DNA of 63,331 nt, the filler included, from Octopus bimaculoides (lineage: Eukaryota): the NCBI RefSeq assembly GCF_001194135.2. It is 4 parts of 4 records of this genome, joined end to end, with 100 filler letters (N's around TTAATTAATTAA, not from the genome) between each part and the next. Parts side by side here need not be neighbours in the genome. Positions count along the whole stretch, not along the records: positions 1 to 30,786 come from NC_068987.1; positions 30,887 to 43,335 come from NC_068990.1; 2 more parts are not named here. One strand, 5' to 3'. The translations under genes and the position numbers were made by a program. Positions 24,225 through 37,504 of this stretch are shown here, in pieces. The first letter of the stretch is position 1; each line of letters begins with the position of its first letter. The notes beneath the pieces were generated by a model that did no database searches, was not told where the DNA came from, and saw only the letters and a list, made by a program, of their open reading frames with translations.

Positions 24225-26618
24225 ACACACACACACACAAACACAAAGCTTCTTTAAATTCACACTCTAGATTCTTAAGATAATGAATGATACTTTGAAA
24301 ATGTAATCAAAGACAGAGAAGGCATAGAATAAAGGTGAAAGTTCACCAATGGATTGTTCTTGATCATGGGACTGGAAGATAAGAACTGTCATGAAGCAAG
24401 TAAAACAAAAAAAAAAACAAAAAAAAACAAAGAAAAAAGTACACATATATGCTAACAACTGATTCGTTTCAGATCACTTCTATAAAATAACAGGAGGTTT
24501 AATGAAATATTTCTTGAAATACTTAGCAATACAATAAACCACCACTTCCCGTATCCTACGACAGTTTAACGATTATTTACGAACAAGGCCATTTCATCCC
24601 CGACATTAGTTCTTCGTATTTAGTTACTAACAAACTTGATGTCATCTGTAAGACTTTTATAAGGTACAAAACATCAGCATTTATTCAGACTGCAATGAAA
24701 ATCGACACCACAGAGGATTTTTAGTCCTTCAAAGAAATTAATGGGAAAATAATGGAAGAGAAAACGACCACTACAACGACAATAATAGCTATAACTATAA
24801 TAACAACAACGATTATTTCACAAATGAGCAGCCAAAAATTCCAAGCCGTCGTTTCGAACTTGCTACAAGTACAGCTTTTGTTTTGTATGGGCAAAAACGC
24901 CTAAACTAATGGGAGTTAATTTCATTCTATCTAGAAATTTCTACAACGACACAATAGGCAGTTTCTTCATATAAATTTTACTGCCACTCTCCGCTTAAAT
25001 ACGACGCACTCAGTATCAGGTGTTGCCAGGGATGTCTGCTTTATATCATGTTTATGTGACAGCGCGGTCGTGGCATCAATGAAAACTTGGCTTTTAACAC
25101 AATTTCTGAACGGTTAATAGACTTTGGGAGCCATTTTGTTTCTTATATTCTTTTGTTTGGTCGTGGTTCTTGTTTTTTTTTTGTTATATTTACTTTACTT
25201 TATTTTTATTGTCTTGGCTTGTTTCTCTTGCCGAGAGATTGTAACTTTGTCTTGTCCACCATGATTGAATCGTAAACGACGTCATTTCCGGCTAGTATCA
25301 ATGGTTCTCATATAACAGTTACTGTTATAGTTAGAATGAATAACACTAAGAAAAAGAAAGGGAAAGAGAGAGGAGGAAGAAAGAAAGGAAGAGAGAGGGA
25401 GAAATAACGAAGGAGAGATATATAAAGGAAGAGAGAGAGAGGGGGGTAGATAGCGAAAGTACGAGAAGGAAAGAGTGAGAGGTGATCGGAAAAGTAATGG
25501 TTTTGATTTAGTGTGCGGGTCAGCTATTGGAATGGTGAGTACATTATAGACATCAATTGAAATGTTAACGACAGCCGAGTGTGAACTTTCTCTGTCGTCT
25601 ATAAGCAACTACTATCACCATCACCACCACAACCACTATTTTCATAACAAGCACTAACACGATCTTTGATTCAGCAATCAACGGAGATTGAAGCAGGTAG
25701 CTGGAGGAAAACATAGAAATCAAAGGGAAGAACAAGAAGGAAAAAAACATACGTGAAGTGTAAATATATAGTATTGTTAAGAAATTACTGACAAATTTGA
25801 GGAGAAGGTGGAAAGCATATTCTCTGAACAAACAAAAGTTACAAATGCTTTTGCCCGACCAAAATAAAATTTTAGTCAAGGAGGGTATCGCTTCGTTATC
25901 ACCAAGTGTGCAAGAAATTGCAGTCAAATCCCCCCTCAAACACATTTCTCGCTCTAGAAGGATCACAATGAAAATTGTAGCCCTAGAAAAATGTGTCTGA
26001 AACGGAGATTTGATGATTACAGTTGGAATGTTTTGGATCGTAGGTCTGATCTCGAGTTAAAAACAATAGCAACAACTAATTTGATATAACTTCAATCAAA
26101 TGACAGTATAAATTGAAATATGTTTGCGGCTGGAATGAAACGCTTTTGATCATAGGTTTGTTTGATCAAAATTTCACCTAGGGCTAAACAATCGCCGCCT
26201 ACTACCACGACAACAACGTCATATAAAGTTTAGAACAAAAAATGCATTATATAAATGCATTGAAGTTGAGTTTTATAAGTAAAATTCATCGGTGCGGTTT
26301 GAGCAATAAATCTCATTCCACAAAGAGAATGAAAGAATGCACAGACGCACACACACACGACAGATACATGCACACATACGAATACAGCCACACACACACA
26401 CGACAGATACATGCACACATACAAATACAGACACACACACACACACACACACGCATACACGCTGGCACACAGAGTAAGAGAGAGAGGGGTTATGTACTTA
26501 CAACACAACTGATTCCTGGATTTCTAAAGATCTCCTTCGTTTTAGTTTACCCAACTGTTAAAACCATTGAAAACATCAACATACATACATACATACATAC
26601 ATACTACAAATATATACT

Positions 26619-27025
26619 CTCTCTTTTACTCTTTTGCTTGTTTCAGTCATTTGACTGTGGCCATGCTGGAACACCACCTTTAGTCGAGCAAATCGACCCC
26701 AGGACTTATTCTTTGTAAGCCTAGTACTTATTCTATCGGTCTCTTTTGCCGAACCGCTAAGTTACGGGAACGTAAACACAGCAGCATCGGTTGTCACGCG
26801 ATGTTGGGGGGACAAACACAAACACACAAAACACACACACATCTATATATATGCATATACATTCGACGGGCTTCTTTCAGTTTCCATCTACAAAATCCAC
26901 TCACAAGGCTTTGGTCGGCCCGAGGCTATAGTAGGAGACACTCGCCCAAGATGCCACGCAGTAGGACTGAACCGAAACCATGTGGTTGGTAAGCAAGCTA
27001 CTTACCACACAGCCACTCCTGAGCT
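26619..27025 (-). mobile_element. Near full-length SINE family B
   Basis: tRNA-like head (A-box tggctgtgtgg, B-box ggttcagtcc) at the right end. Internal (TG/TA) tract at about 26820-26860. Confidence 0.92.
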
Positions 27026-27099
27026 TATATATATATGTGATGGACTCACCCGTCGATTTCGACATATGAGGCAGGCTCCGACAACGTTCACTTTCTTTG

Positions 27100-27390
27100 T
27101 CAGTCATAATGTTTATGTCAAATATAACACTTAAGTCCCGCCAACGATTTGCAAAGAAGGCCACAAATGTTGCAAGTTTGAGTGTTGGTGGTTTTTTTAA
27201 TTTTTTGCAGCCGATTCTTTCCTTTGCCTTGCACCCTGAAGCCTGTTAATCTTGGTTGCAACAAAGATTTTAATTCCATTTTGACACAACCATCTCCATT
27301 TTGTTCGTACCAAGGCTGTTCACTCAAAGGTATTGTGAGGTATCTGCATCACTAAGAGGTTACTTTCCAGCTTTTCCTTATACCTGAGTC
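27100..27390 (-). mobile_element. RTE-clade LINE ORF2 3' end with a C2H2-like finger
   Basis: RTKWRWLCQNGIKIF..NRLQ, then TCNICGLLCKSLAGLKCYI. Confidence 0.75.
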
Positions 27391-27655
27391 ATGGTCAACC
27401 AACATTCCTGTGTCCACTCTCAAGCTGGCTGTACACACACACATAATATTGATATCCGTTTGCAGCGCAGTTTGCTTCTACTAAATTTAACTCACACGAC
27501 ATTGGTCGGCCTAAAACTGAAACGAAAAAGACGCCAAGGAGCGAAGTGAGATCGAACCGGCCACTAAGTGGTTGCAATACAGACTTCTTGTATGTGCAAT
27601 AAGTTATGAATTACACGAGTACCATAATGGTGGTTACTTCGTTTATCTTAGCTAA

Positions 27656-28045
27656 TTGTTGTTGTTGTTGGTACTCCGTCGCTTACGACGTCAAGGGTTC
27701 CAGTTGATCCGATCAACGGAACAGCCTGCTCGTGAAATTAACGTGCAAGTGGCGGAGCACTCCACAGACACGTGTACCCTTACCGTAGTTCTCGGGGATA
27801 CTCAGCGTGACACAGTGTGACAAGACTGGCCCTTTGAATTACAGGTACAACAGAAACAGGAAGTAGGAGTGAGATAAAGTTGTGGTGGAAGAGTACAGCA
27901 GGGTTCGCCACCATCCCCTGCCGGAGCCTCGTGGAGCTTTAGGTGTTTTCGCTCAATAAACACTCACAACGCCCGGTCTGGGAATCGAAACTGCGAGCCT
28001 ATGACCGCGAGTCCACTGCCCTAACCACTGGGCCATTGCGCCTCC
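27656..28045 (-). mobile_element. Full-length young SINE family C with a (CAA)n tail and 7-bp TSD TAGCTAA
   Basis: TAGCTAA at 27649-27655 and 28046-28052. Intact A and B boxes. Confidence 0.95.
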
Positions 28046-28679
28046 TAGCTAACTGTACTGAGAAAGAAAACAGAATATATCTTGAAATATATAAAACTAA
28101 ATTTGATGTGAATGATGTTGAAGAAAATAAAACGTGTTCTGTTCAATTTTGGCCTTTACAGCGACGATTTAGTCAACTGCAAAGAAGAATAATCACCCAA
28201 GAATTCTGATTAGGCAGAGACTTTGCAGTTACTGTCTAATTTAATTTTTGTATTACTAAGTTTTTCGAGAAAATTTTCCTTGCAAAGAAATTTCCGTGGA
28301 TTAATTTAATTCATATATGCAACTTCCAACTGTTTACAGTTCTGGTTCTACAAAGGACCACGTAGAGAGGAGACAGGAGATAGCAATCATAAGTCCGACA
28401 GGAAAAAATCCTTGATCCTGCCATTTGATTTTGGTTATGTACATGGTTGTTCAAAGTAAAAATAAAAAATAAAAATTTTAAATACAAAAAGGAGGACTGA
28501 TATTATGAAGTGCCAAATTTATTCCTGAAATTAATATGTCTACTCGTTTCTTGCATTCAGTCCCTTAGCAAAACTAGTGTTTCAATAAGTAATGCTTTTC
28601 TCGAATCAAGGTGATATAATATCATAAAACTAATGATTTCTGATTTAGGCAAAAAGGTCATCAAATTTGATGGGAAAGG

Positions 28680-28830
28680 ATTAGTCGACCACATCGACCT
28701 GGGTGGGGTATTTTATAGGCCTCGAAATGTTGAAAAGTAAAGTCGACCTCAGCAGGATTTGAACTCAAAATGTAAAGGATTGGAAAAAAATACCACAAGA
28801 AATCTTCTGACGAATTGTTTTCGGCCAGCA
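28680..28830 (-). mobile_element. SINE family A copy
   Basis: Reverse complement of the core: aaaagtaaagtcgacctcagcaggatttgaactcaaaatgtaaag. Confidence 0.75.
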
Positions 28831-29321
28831 TCATAAAAGTAATAAAATGCTTTATCTTTAAGAAATGCTTTAGCATTCCTGTCTGCCGCTGAGGCCGTGT
28901 ATGGAAACATCCCCGAATCACTGGATTTGAAAGCATAACTGGGCGATCCGTTGTCATGTCTCCGTCAATGTTAATCATGCTACTATTATTTCTGCATCCT
29001 GTGATGTTTCCAAGACATAAATTACGAATCTCACTGTTCGATTCAGTTTCAAAAGCATCCTACATTCTTAGGAGTTACAAGTATCTTTCATGATAAATTT
29101 TCTATTGATTCGTCCTTTACTTGAGATAACTACTGAAACTCCATAAATATCCTTCATAATATTTTCGTCGCTTGATGTTAATTCAACGGTATCTCTGTTA
29201 GAGCTTCTTAATTTCTTTCTTTCTTTATCGCGAGCATGAGGACTCATAAGGTCGCTTACCCAGTTTACATAACCTATAAATGACTGAGATCACATCTCTC
29301 TGAACGTGACGCCGGACCCTT

Positions 29322-29502
29322 GGAGAACAGAAAACCAGCAAATCGATTACACCGATCCCAATACTTATTTGGTAGTTTATTGTATCGACCCTGAAAAGAT
29401 GATAAGCATAGTTTATTTCGAAGTTTGAACTTAGACTGTAAAGAACCAGAACAAACGTATTTTGACAGACATGCTGACGATTCTGCTATCTCGCTGCCTT
29501 AG
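29322..29502 (-). mobile_element. SINE family A copy with an imperfect TSD
   Basis: Head aaggcagcgagatagcagaatcg on the minus strand. Flanks read ccttggagaac and ccttagaac. Confidence 0.7.
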
Positions 29503-30485
29503 AACTTCCAATAGACCAGATTTATTTGTCTGTACAATGTTTCTAGCACCAAGAAGCCATTTATCAAAGTCTTCATACGTTGACCTTCATGTTTTCAGAT
29601 ACGTTTAGAAATTTTACGTTAGGTCGAAGCTGAGATCGTTTAACAGTTTTCAGTAACAGCAGCATTAAAACCTTTCCATATCATGAAAGCAGTTTGCCGA
29701 AAACCTCCTCTTAAGAGAATAATTTTATCACCGACGAGTCTATAACCTCACATGATTTCCTTCTAGAGTACGACAATGACTCGTAAACAATTAACAAATC
29801 GTTTCAAAGCTTCATCTATGTCGAGTAAATGCAACAGCGTGTATTTTGTCGTGACTCCACAGAGGACATTTTCATATTGGAGACAGATGTTGCTGTTACA
29901 GATTCATGAAATTGTAAACAGCTCGGCATTGTTCGACTATCAATTACCAAATCTGCTGCAGTGCCTGTTGTGACGTAATAACGATAACATTTTCCTGTAT
30001 TCTTCAAATATTCAATTAATATGTTCAATAGATACGTTTCCCCAGAACAACCTAGACTATTTGAAAAAGGACAATGCATTACAATATAAATAAAGTCTTT
30101 GCTGAAATACATGTTACGTTGTTTCAGTTGAAACTGCCAAAATCTTAACAGCAATGAAAACTATGACAAAGTTCTAATGCTTTCGTTATTGTCGTTGTTT
30201 CGCATCAGGTTAATAGTGAGCAAGCAGACGATGATGAAAGGCAAACTATGTTTTAAATGCGAAGAAAGTCCTTGTTGTAATGCTTGTTATTGTATTTCAG
30301 CTAGATTTACGAAACTCCTGATAAATATCTTATCAGATGTCTGGTATTGTTTTCGTTGCTGCTGTTATCCTTAATTTGGCATAGGTCAAAAGCGATCGAG
30401 CAGACTTAGGAGCAAAGACGTGCCATACCTTCTCATTGTAAAGAAATTCTTTACTGAGATACATATTACTGTGTTTCATTTAAAC

Positions 30486-30685
30486 CAGTGGTCTCCACAG
30501 TGGTCGATATCGCCCTTTGGGGTTCGATGGGACTATTCAAGGGGTCGATAAATGCCTGAAACCGCACATTTACTTAGCTATCATTATTGTTTTTCTATTT
30601 CTTGTACATGCTTATGGGCGGGGAACGATGAGGAGTCAAGGATTTCATGAAGAGGTCGATGGTCTAAAAAGTTTGGGGACCCCTG
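30486..30685. mobile_element. hAT (Charlie-like) MITE, 200 bp
   Basis: Ends CAGTGGTCTCCAC and TTTGGGGACCCCTG. 8-bp TSD atttaaac/atttaaat. Confidence 0.8.
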
Positions 30686-30786
30686 ATTTAAATCTTGAAA
30701 ACTATAGCAAAGACCTACTGTTGATGATGGTATTTCTGTTGTAGTTGTTGTCGTTAGTGGTGGCGGCAGCGGTGGTGGTGGTGGTG

Positions 30787-30886
30787 NNNNNNNNNNNNNN
30801 NNNNNNNNNNNNNNNNNNNNNNNNNNNNNNTTAATTAATTAANNNNNNNNNNNNNNNNNNNNNNNNNNNNNNNNNNNNNNNNNNNN
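30787..30886. other. Artificial 100-bp scaffold join (44N + TTAATTAATTAA + 44N); two more near 43336-43435 and 59909-60008
   Basis: The same 12-mer, which has stops in all six frames, is centred in each of the three 100-bp gaps. Confidence 0.9.
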
Positions 30887-30927
<41 letters not shown>

Positions 30928-30941
30928 AAGTAGTAGTAGTG

Positions 30942-30981
<40 letters not shown>

Positions 30982-30987
30982 GAGTAG

Positions 30988-31026
<39 letters not shown>

Positions 31027-31148
31027 GAGTAGTAGTAGTAGTAACCATAATAATATTTGTTTCTAATATTAATATTCTTTTTTATTAACAGCAACACCAA
31101 CAGCAATGGTAACAAAACAACAATAAAATAGTAATAATAATAATAATA

Positions 31149-31201
<53 letters not shown>

Positions 31202-31208
31202 AATAATG

Positions 31209-31248
<40 letters not shown>

Positions 31249-31290
31249 TGATAATAATAATAATGATAATAATAATAATAATAATAGGTA
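30887..31290. repeat. Compound (AAT)n-(AGT)n-(GAT)n microsatellite field
   Basis: Directly visible. The same compound motif recurs at 32293-32435. Confidence 0.9.
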
Positions 31291-32292
31291 TTTATTTTGT
31301 CTTTTTACTTTCTATTTGTTTTGATATTATTTATATTAATTAAAAATTGCCTAATTAAAATCATAATTGTTGCTGTTATTGCAGTCGAGATGCTTTCTTT
31401 AATCTATTTTGCTGCTGTAGTATACTTTGTGTTATTATATTTGTTCTTGCTAGTGTCTATGAAACTCCAACCAGTAATATGCAGCGAACAATTAATTTTG
31501 ATGTGTATGTGTATACATACATACATACATACATATACATATATATATGTATATATATACATATATATATATATNNNNNNNNNNTTCTTGTGAAGGTTGA
31601 GTAAGTTTTTTTTTCTTTTTTTTTTCTTTAGAATTGCGTCAACATGATCTCTTTCTTTTCTGGTCGCTTTAATTTTAATTTTTTTTTTATCTTTTAAGGT
31701 GGGGTGCGCTCGCTGGCTTTGAAGTCTTTTGGAAATAATTATTTCATCTTGTATGACACCGCATTGCAACAAATTACCGTGTTGATAGCGGGTGTTTTCT
31801 TGTCTACGTTCTCTGTTGTTTCTTTTTTCTTTTTTCTCTTTCTTCAGCAGAAAACAACAGAAGCAACAAAAACAACGAAAATAATTATGAACCCACCCTT
31901 TAAACCGAAGAGAGTCAAGCACCGCTCCTCAGCGGCACACACCACACACACACACACACACACCACCTCTCTTAACGCCACCGACACAAACCAACTTTGG
32001 AGCTTCTGCTACCACAGCGAACTACCAACAACACCAACACCAGCCACATCCTCGCCGCCGTCACCTCGGCTGCCGACTCTACCATCACCGTCAACACCAC
32101 TGCTGCCACTGTCTCCTTTTTTGCCATCAACACCGACACATCCTCTTTCACCAGGCCCATCGCCTGCATCATCGTAATCTTCATCGCTGTCATTGTCATC
32201 AGTGCTATTATTTATTATTATTGTTATTATTTTTATCTTATGCTTTTGTTATTGGTCCTTGTAGTATTTCCTGGTTCGTTGCCCTTTTGGCA

Positions 32293-32336
<44 letters not shown>

Positions 32337-32350
32337 AAGTAGTAGTAGTG

Positions 32351-32390
<40 letters not shown>

Positions 32391-32396
32391 GAGTAG

Positions 32397-32435
<39 letters not shown>

Positions 32436-35435
32436 NNNNNNNNNNNNNNNNNNNNNNNNNNNNNNNNNNNNNNNNNNNNNNNNNNNNNNNNNNNNNNNNN
32501 NNNNNNNNNNNNNNNNNNNNNNNNNNNNNNNNNNNNNNNNNNNNNNNNNNNNNNNNNNNNNNNNNNNNNNNNNNNNNNNNNNNNNNNNNNNNNNNNNNNN
32601 NNNNNNNNNNNNNNNNNNNNNNNNNNNNNNNNNNNNNNNNNNNNNNNNNNNNNNNNNNNNNNNNNNNNNNNNNNNNNNNNNNNNNNNNNNNNNNNNNNNN
32701 NNNNNNNNNNNNNNNNNNNNNNNNNNNNNNNNNNNNNNNNNNNNNNNNNNNNNNNNNNNNNNNNNNNNNNNNNNNNNNNNNNNNNNNNNNNNNNNNNNNN
32801 NNNNNNNNNNNNNNNNNNNNNNNNNNNNNNNNNNNNNNNNNNNNNNNNNNNNNNNNNNNNNNNNNNNNNNNNNNNNNNNNNNNNNNNNNNNNNNNNNNNN
32901 NNNNNNNNNNNNNNNNNNNNNNNNNNNNNNNNNNNNNNNNNNNNNNNNNNNNNNNNNNNNNNNNNNNNNNNNNNNNNNNNNNNNNNNNNNNNNNNNNNNN
33001 NNNNNNNNNNNNNNNNNNNNNNNNNNNNNNNNNNNNNNNNNNNNNNNNNNNNNNNNNNNNNNNNNNNNNNNNNNNNNNNNNNNNNNNNNNNNNNNNNNNN
33101 NNNNNNNNNNNNNNNNNNNNNNNNNNNNNNNNNNNNNNNNNNNNNNNNNNNNNNNNNNNNNNNNNNNNNNNNNNNNNNNNNNNNNNNNNNNNNNNNNNNN
33201 NNNNNNTATATATATATATATCTTCTCCCTTTGGTAAAAGCTCTCCCTGGATCACTTTCTATGTATTTTGATTGAAGATTATTCCTCCTTTCTTTTCCCA
33301 ATCTTCTTCTTACTCTTCTTTTTCTTCCATTTTACCGCTGTTTTTCTTATTATTCGTTCCCTCCACCTCCTACTCCCACTCATTTGGCTACCCTTTTATA
33401 TTTTCTTTTCTTCCTCCGCCTCACCTACGGATCTCCCCCATTGACCACCGTGCAAATAGCCAAACCAACAGACACACGGTTCGGCAAACCTGCCTTGCCG
33501 CATCTCTTAATGATCCATTTCTTTAAGTTGGTCGGCTGCATAGTCGTTGAATATACGTTGTCTAACTTATTGAGGTGCGGAGTTTGCGTGTTGGTGGGTT
33601 ACAGATTCTATCCTTAAACGCAGCCTCACCACAACCAAACTCGCCCATACCAAATATGTTACAACATCAACGAACATATCGACATATACATACAAGTAAC
33701 ACAGCACACCCTCTTTTCACATCTCTTACTATATCTTCATTTTAATCAGACGGTGTCTATCTTGGTTTCTATCTGCAAATATGTATTTATGAGTGACCGC
33801 ACGTTTATATTTATAAGTAATTTTGGACGCATCTATGTTTTGTGCATATATATGCACGCATGCATTTGTGCATGTATGTCGTTCCTCTAGCTAATGCATC
33901 TATATATGTATCGCCATTCAGTATCTCTGTAGTATATTTTTGCCTGCATGCCTGTCTGTCCTTTCTCTTACACCCTCTCTGTGTCTCTCTCATTTTCTCT
34001 CCCTCTCGCACTCTTTCCTATTCTTTCTTTCTATCTCAATCTTTGCTTCTATGGCGTTTGTTACAGCGAGAGTATTTGAGAAAGTGTGAAGAACGTAAAG
34101 GCAGATAGAGTAGAGCTAGCTAGATGCTAGTAGCACTAGTTATTACAATGTCAACCAATAGTCGCAGCTTGTAAAACTGAATCTCTTTATATAGACTTAT
34201 AGATGTACCTAGCTTAANNNNNNNNNNNNNNNNNNNNNNNNNNNNNNNNNNNNNNNNNNNNNNNNNNNNNNNNNNNNNNNNNNNNNNNNNNNNNNNNNNN
34301 NNNNNNNNNNNNNNNNNNNNNNNNNNNNNNNNNNNNNNNNNNNNNNNNNNNNNNNNNNNNNNNNNNNNNNNNNNNNNNNNNNNNNNNNNNNNNNNNNNNN
34401 NNNNNNNNNNNNNNNNNNNNNNNNNNNNNNNNNNNNNNNNNNNNNNNNNNNNNNNNNNNNNNNNNNNNNNNNNNNNNNNNNNNNNNNNNNNNNNNNNNNN
34501 NNNNNNNNNNNNNNNNNNNNNNNNNNNNNNNNNNNNNNNNNNNNNNNNNNNNNNNNNNNNNNNNNNNNNNNNNNNNNNNNNNNNNNNNNNNNNNNNNNNN
34601 NNNNNNNNNNNNNNNNNNNNNNNNNNNNNNNNNNNNNNNNNNNNNNNNNNNNNNNNNNNNNNNNNNNNNNNNNNNNNNNNNNNNNNNNNNNNNNNNNNNN
34701 NNNNNNNNNNNNNNNNNNNNNNNNNNNNNNNNNNNNNNNNNNNNNNNNNNNNNNNNNNNNNNNNNNNNNNNNNNNNNNNNNNNNNNNNNNNNNNNNNNNN
34801 NNNNNNNNNNNNNNNNNNNNNNNNNNNNNNNNNNNNNNNNNNNNNNNNNNNNNNNNNNNNNNNNNNNNNNNNNNNNNNNNNNNNNNNNNNNNNNNNNNNN
34901 NNNNNNNNNNNNNNNNNNNNNNNNNNNNNNNNNNNNNNNNNNNNNNNNNNNNNNNNNNNNNNNNNNNNNNNNNNNNNNNNNNNNNNNNNNNNNNNNNNNN
35001 NNNNNNNNNNNNNNNNNNNNNNNNNNNNNNNNNNNNNNNNNNNNNNNNNNNNNNNNNNNNNNNNNNNNNNNNNNNNNNNNNNNNNNNNNNNNNNNNNNNN
35101 NNNNNNNNNNNNNNNNNNNNNNNNNNNNNTATATGTATAAAACCACATTAAAGCAAATGCAAATATATATATGTGTGTATATACGTGTGTGTGTGTGTGC
35201 ATATGTATGACTAGTATAGGAATTTAGATATAAATATTATATAACATATCTACAATGTACATTTGTGTATGTGTTTATTATCTACGTACACAGACAAGAA
35301 CACTTATACACACACACACGCGTGCACATGCACATCCCACACTATATATGTGCGTTGATGTGTGTTTGTGTGTGTGTGTGCGCGCGCATGTGTATGCGTG
35401 TTTGTGTGTTTGTGTGTGTGTGTGCGTGTGTGTGC

Positions 35436-35472
<37 letters not shown>

Positions 35473-36338
35473 TCATTCGTAACGATTTTGATTGGATAAT
35501 TTGCTATTATCATGTTTAGGTAACCCAAAGCAATCAATATAATTACACCGCAGGATTTCTCGTAGCATGGGCACAAACAATTGCTCAACTGTAAAATAAA
35601 TATATATATCGGATGTTTTCTGACAGAGGTTAAGTATTCAGCCTCTGATGAGAATCTAACAAGTTAGTAACTGATCATATTCATCACATTTAATCAGCCC
35701 GCATGAAAAAGAAAAAAACTTTCTCTTAGAAAATCTCGTATTTTATTCATTGAAAAGGTGAAACAGGCATGTTCCATAAAAACATAGTCATATTAAGACA
35801 TATAGAAACGCACACACACACACACAGCAAAAACTTACACATGCACATATATATATATAAGAATATATATGTATACATACATGTATGTATATAAGAATAT
35901 ATAAATATATATATATATATTTATATACGTATATAGAATACATGCATATGTATATACATACATACATATATATANNNNNNNNNNNNNNNNNNNNNNNNNN
36001 NNNNNNNNNNNNNNNNNNNNNNNNNNNNNNNNNNNNNNNNNNNNNNNNNNNNNNNNNNNNNNNNNNNNNNNNNNNNNNNNNNNNNNNNNNNNNNNNNNNN
36101 NNNNNNNNNNNNNNNNNNNNNNNNNNNNNNNNNNNNNNNNNNNNNNNNNNNNNNNNNNNNNNNNNNNNNNNNNNNNNNNNNNNNNNNNNNNNNNNNNNNN
36201 NNNNNNNNNNNNNNNNNNNNNNNNNNNNNNNNNNNNNNNNNNNNNNNNNNNNNNNNNNNNNNNNNNNNNNNNNNNNNNNNNNNNNNNNNNNNNNNNNNNN
36301 NNNNNNNNNNNNNNNNNNNNNNNNNNNNNNNNNNNNNN

Positions 36339-36380
<42 letters not shown>

Positions 36381-36957
36381 GGCCACAAGAGGCTCTAGAA
36401 ACAGCACCTAGATATATATCACTCCCATCTATATATCACTCCCATCAGAAAATAAAGGTAGCGACTTTGTTTAGGTAATCATGTCAAAGTTTAAAATCTA
36501 TGGCAACTTTATTGAAGAGTTTATCGCTTTCAGTATTTCATACGATTGATGTTGGTATTAGCGATAACATATATAAGCAAAGATATTCGGATATACTACG
36601 GTATATTATTAGCTATCGAGACTGGATTAATTGCCAAACAGAAACTGAGTGTTGTGAGAGAGGCGACCGACTTAAACTTATCCTCTGTAAACCACTGACA
36701 CTCAACTTCATGTATTGTGTACTTTTCTCCTTTTGTAAACACAAACGGTCATCAATATACACACATGCACGCACAGCGGCACACGAACGCACACAAACGC
36801 TAACACTGACAAACAGACGATCATAAACACGCATGTATATGTAAGTATGAATGTGATTACGTGTGTATGTGTGTATCTTTGTGCCTCTGTCTCTGCGCGT
36901 GCATGTGCGAAAATACTGATGATGAGGGCATCTGTATGCATATATATGTATGTATAC

Positions 36958-37046
<89 letters not shown>

Positions 37047-37063
37047 CATACATACATATATAC

Positions 37064-37101
<38 letters not shown>

Positions 37102-37119
37102 GCATATATATATTTACAC

Positions 37120-37153
<34 letters not shown>

Positions 37154-37324
37154 ATGAAGGATTTCCTACTGTGTAGGGCCTACACTAAACTTGTTACATA
37201 GGAGAATATATATTTTAATATTATTATATACTAATATAACTGAAACATAAAGAACAATATGTGTTTCTACGGAGTGGGGAGAGAGGTGGGAGGAAGCAGA
37301 AAGAGTCGTGCAGAGACAACTAAG

Positions 37325-37383
<59 letters not shown>

Positions 37384-37444
37384 CTATTTGGATACATACA
37401 TACCTTCGTACGTAGTAGATACACAAATACTCACAAACACAATG

Positions 37445-37504
<60 letters not shown>

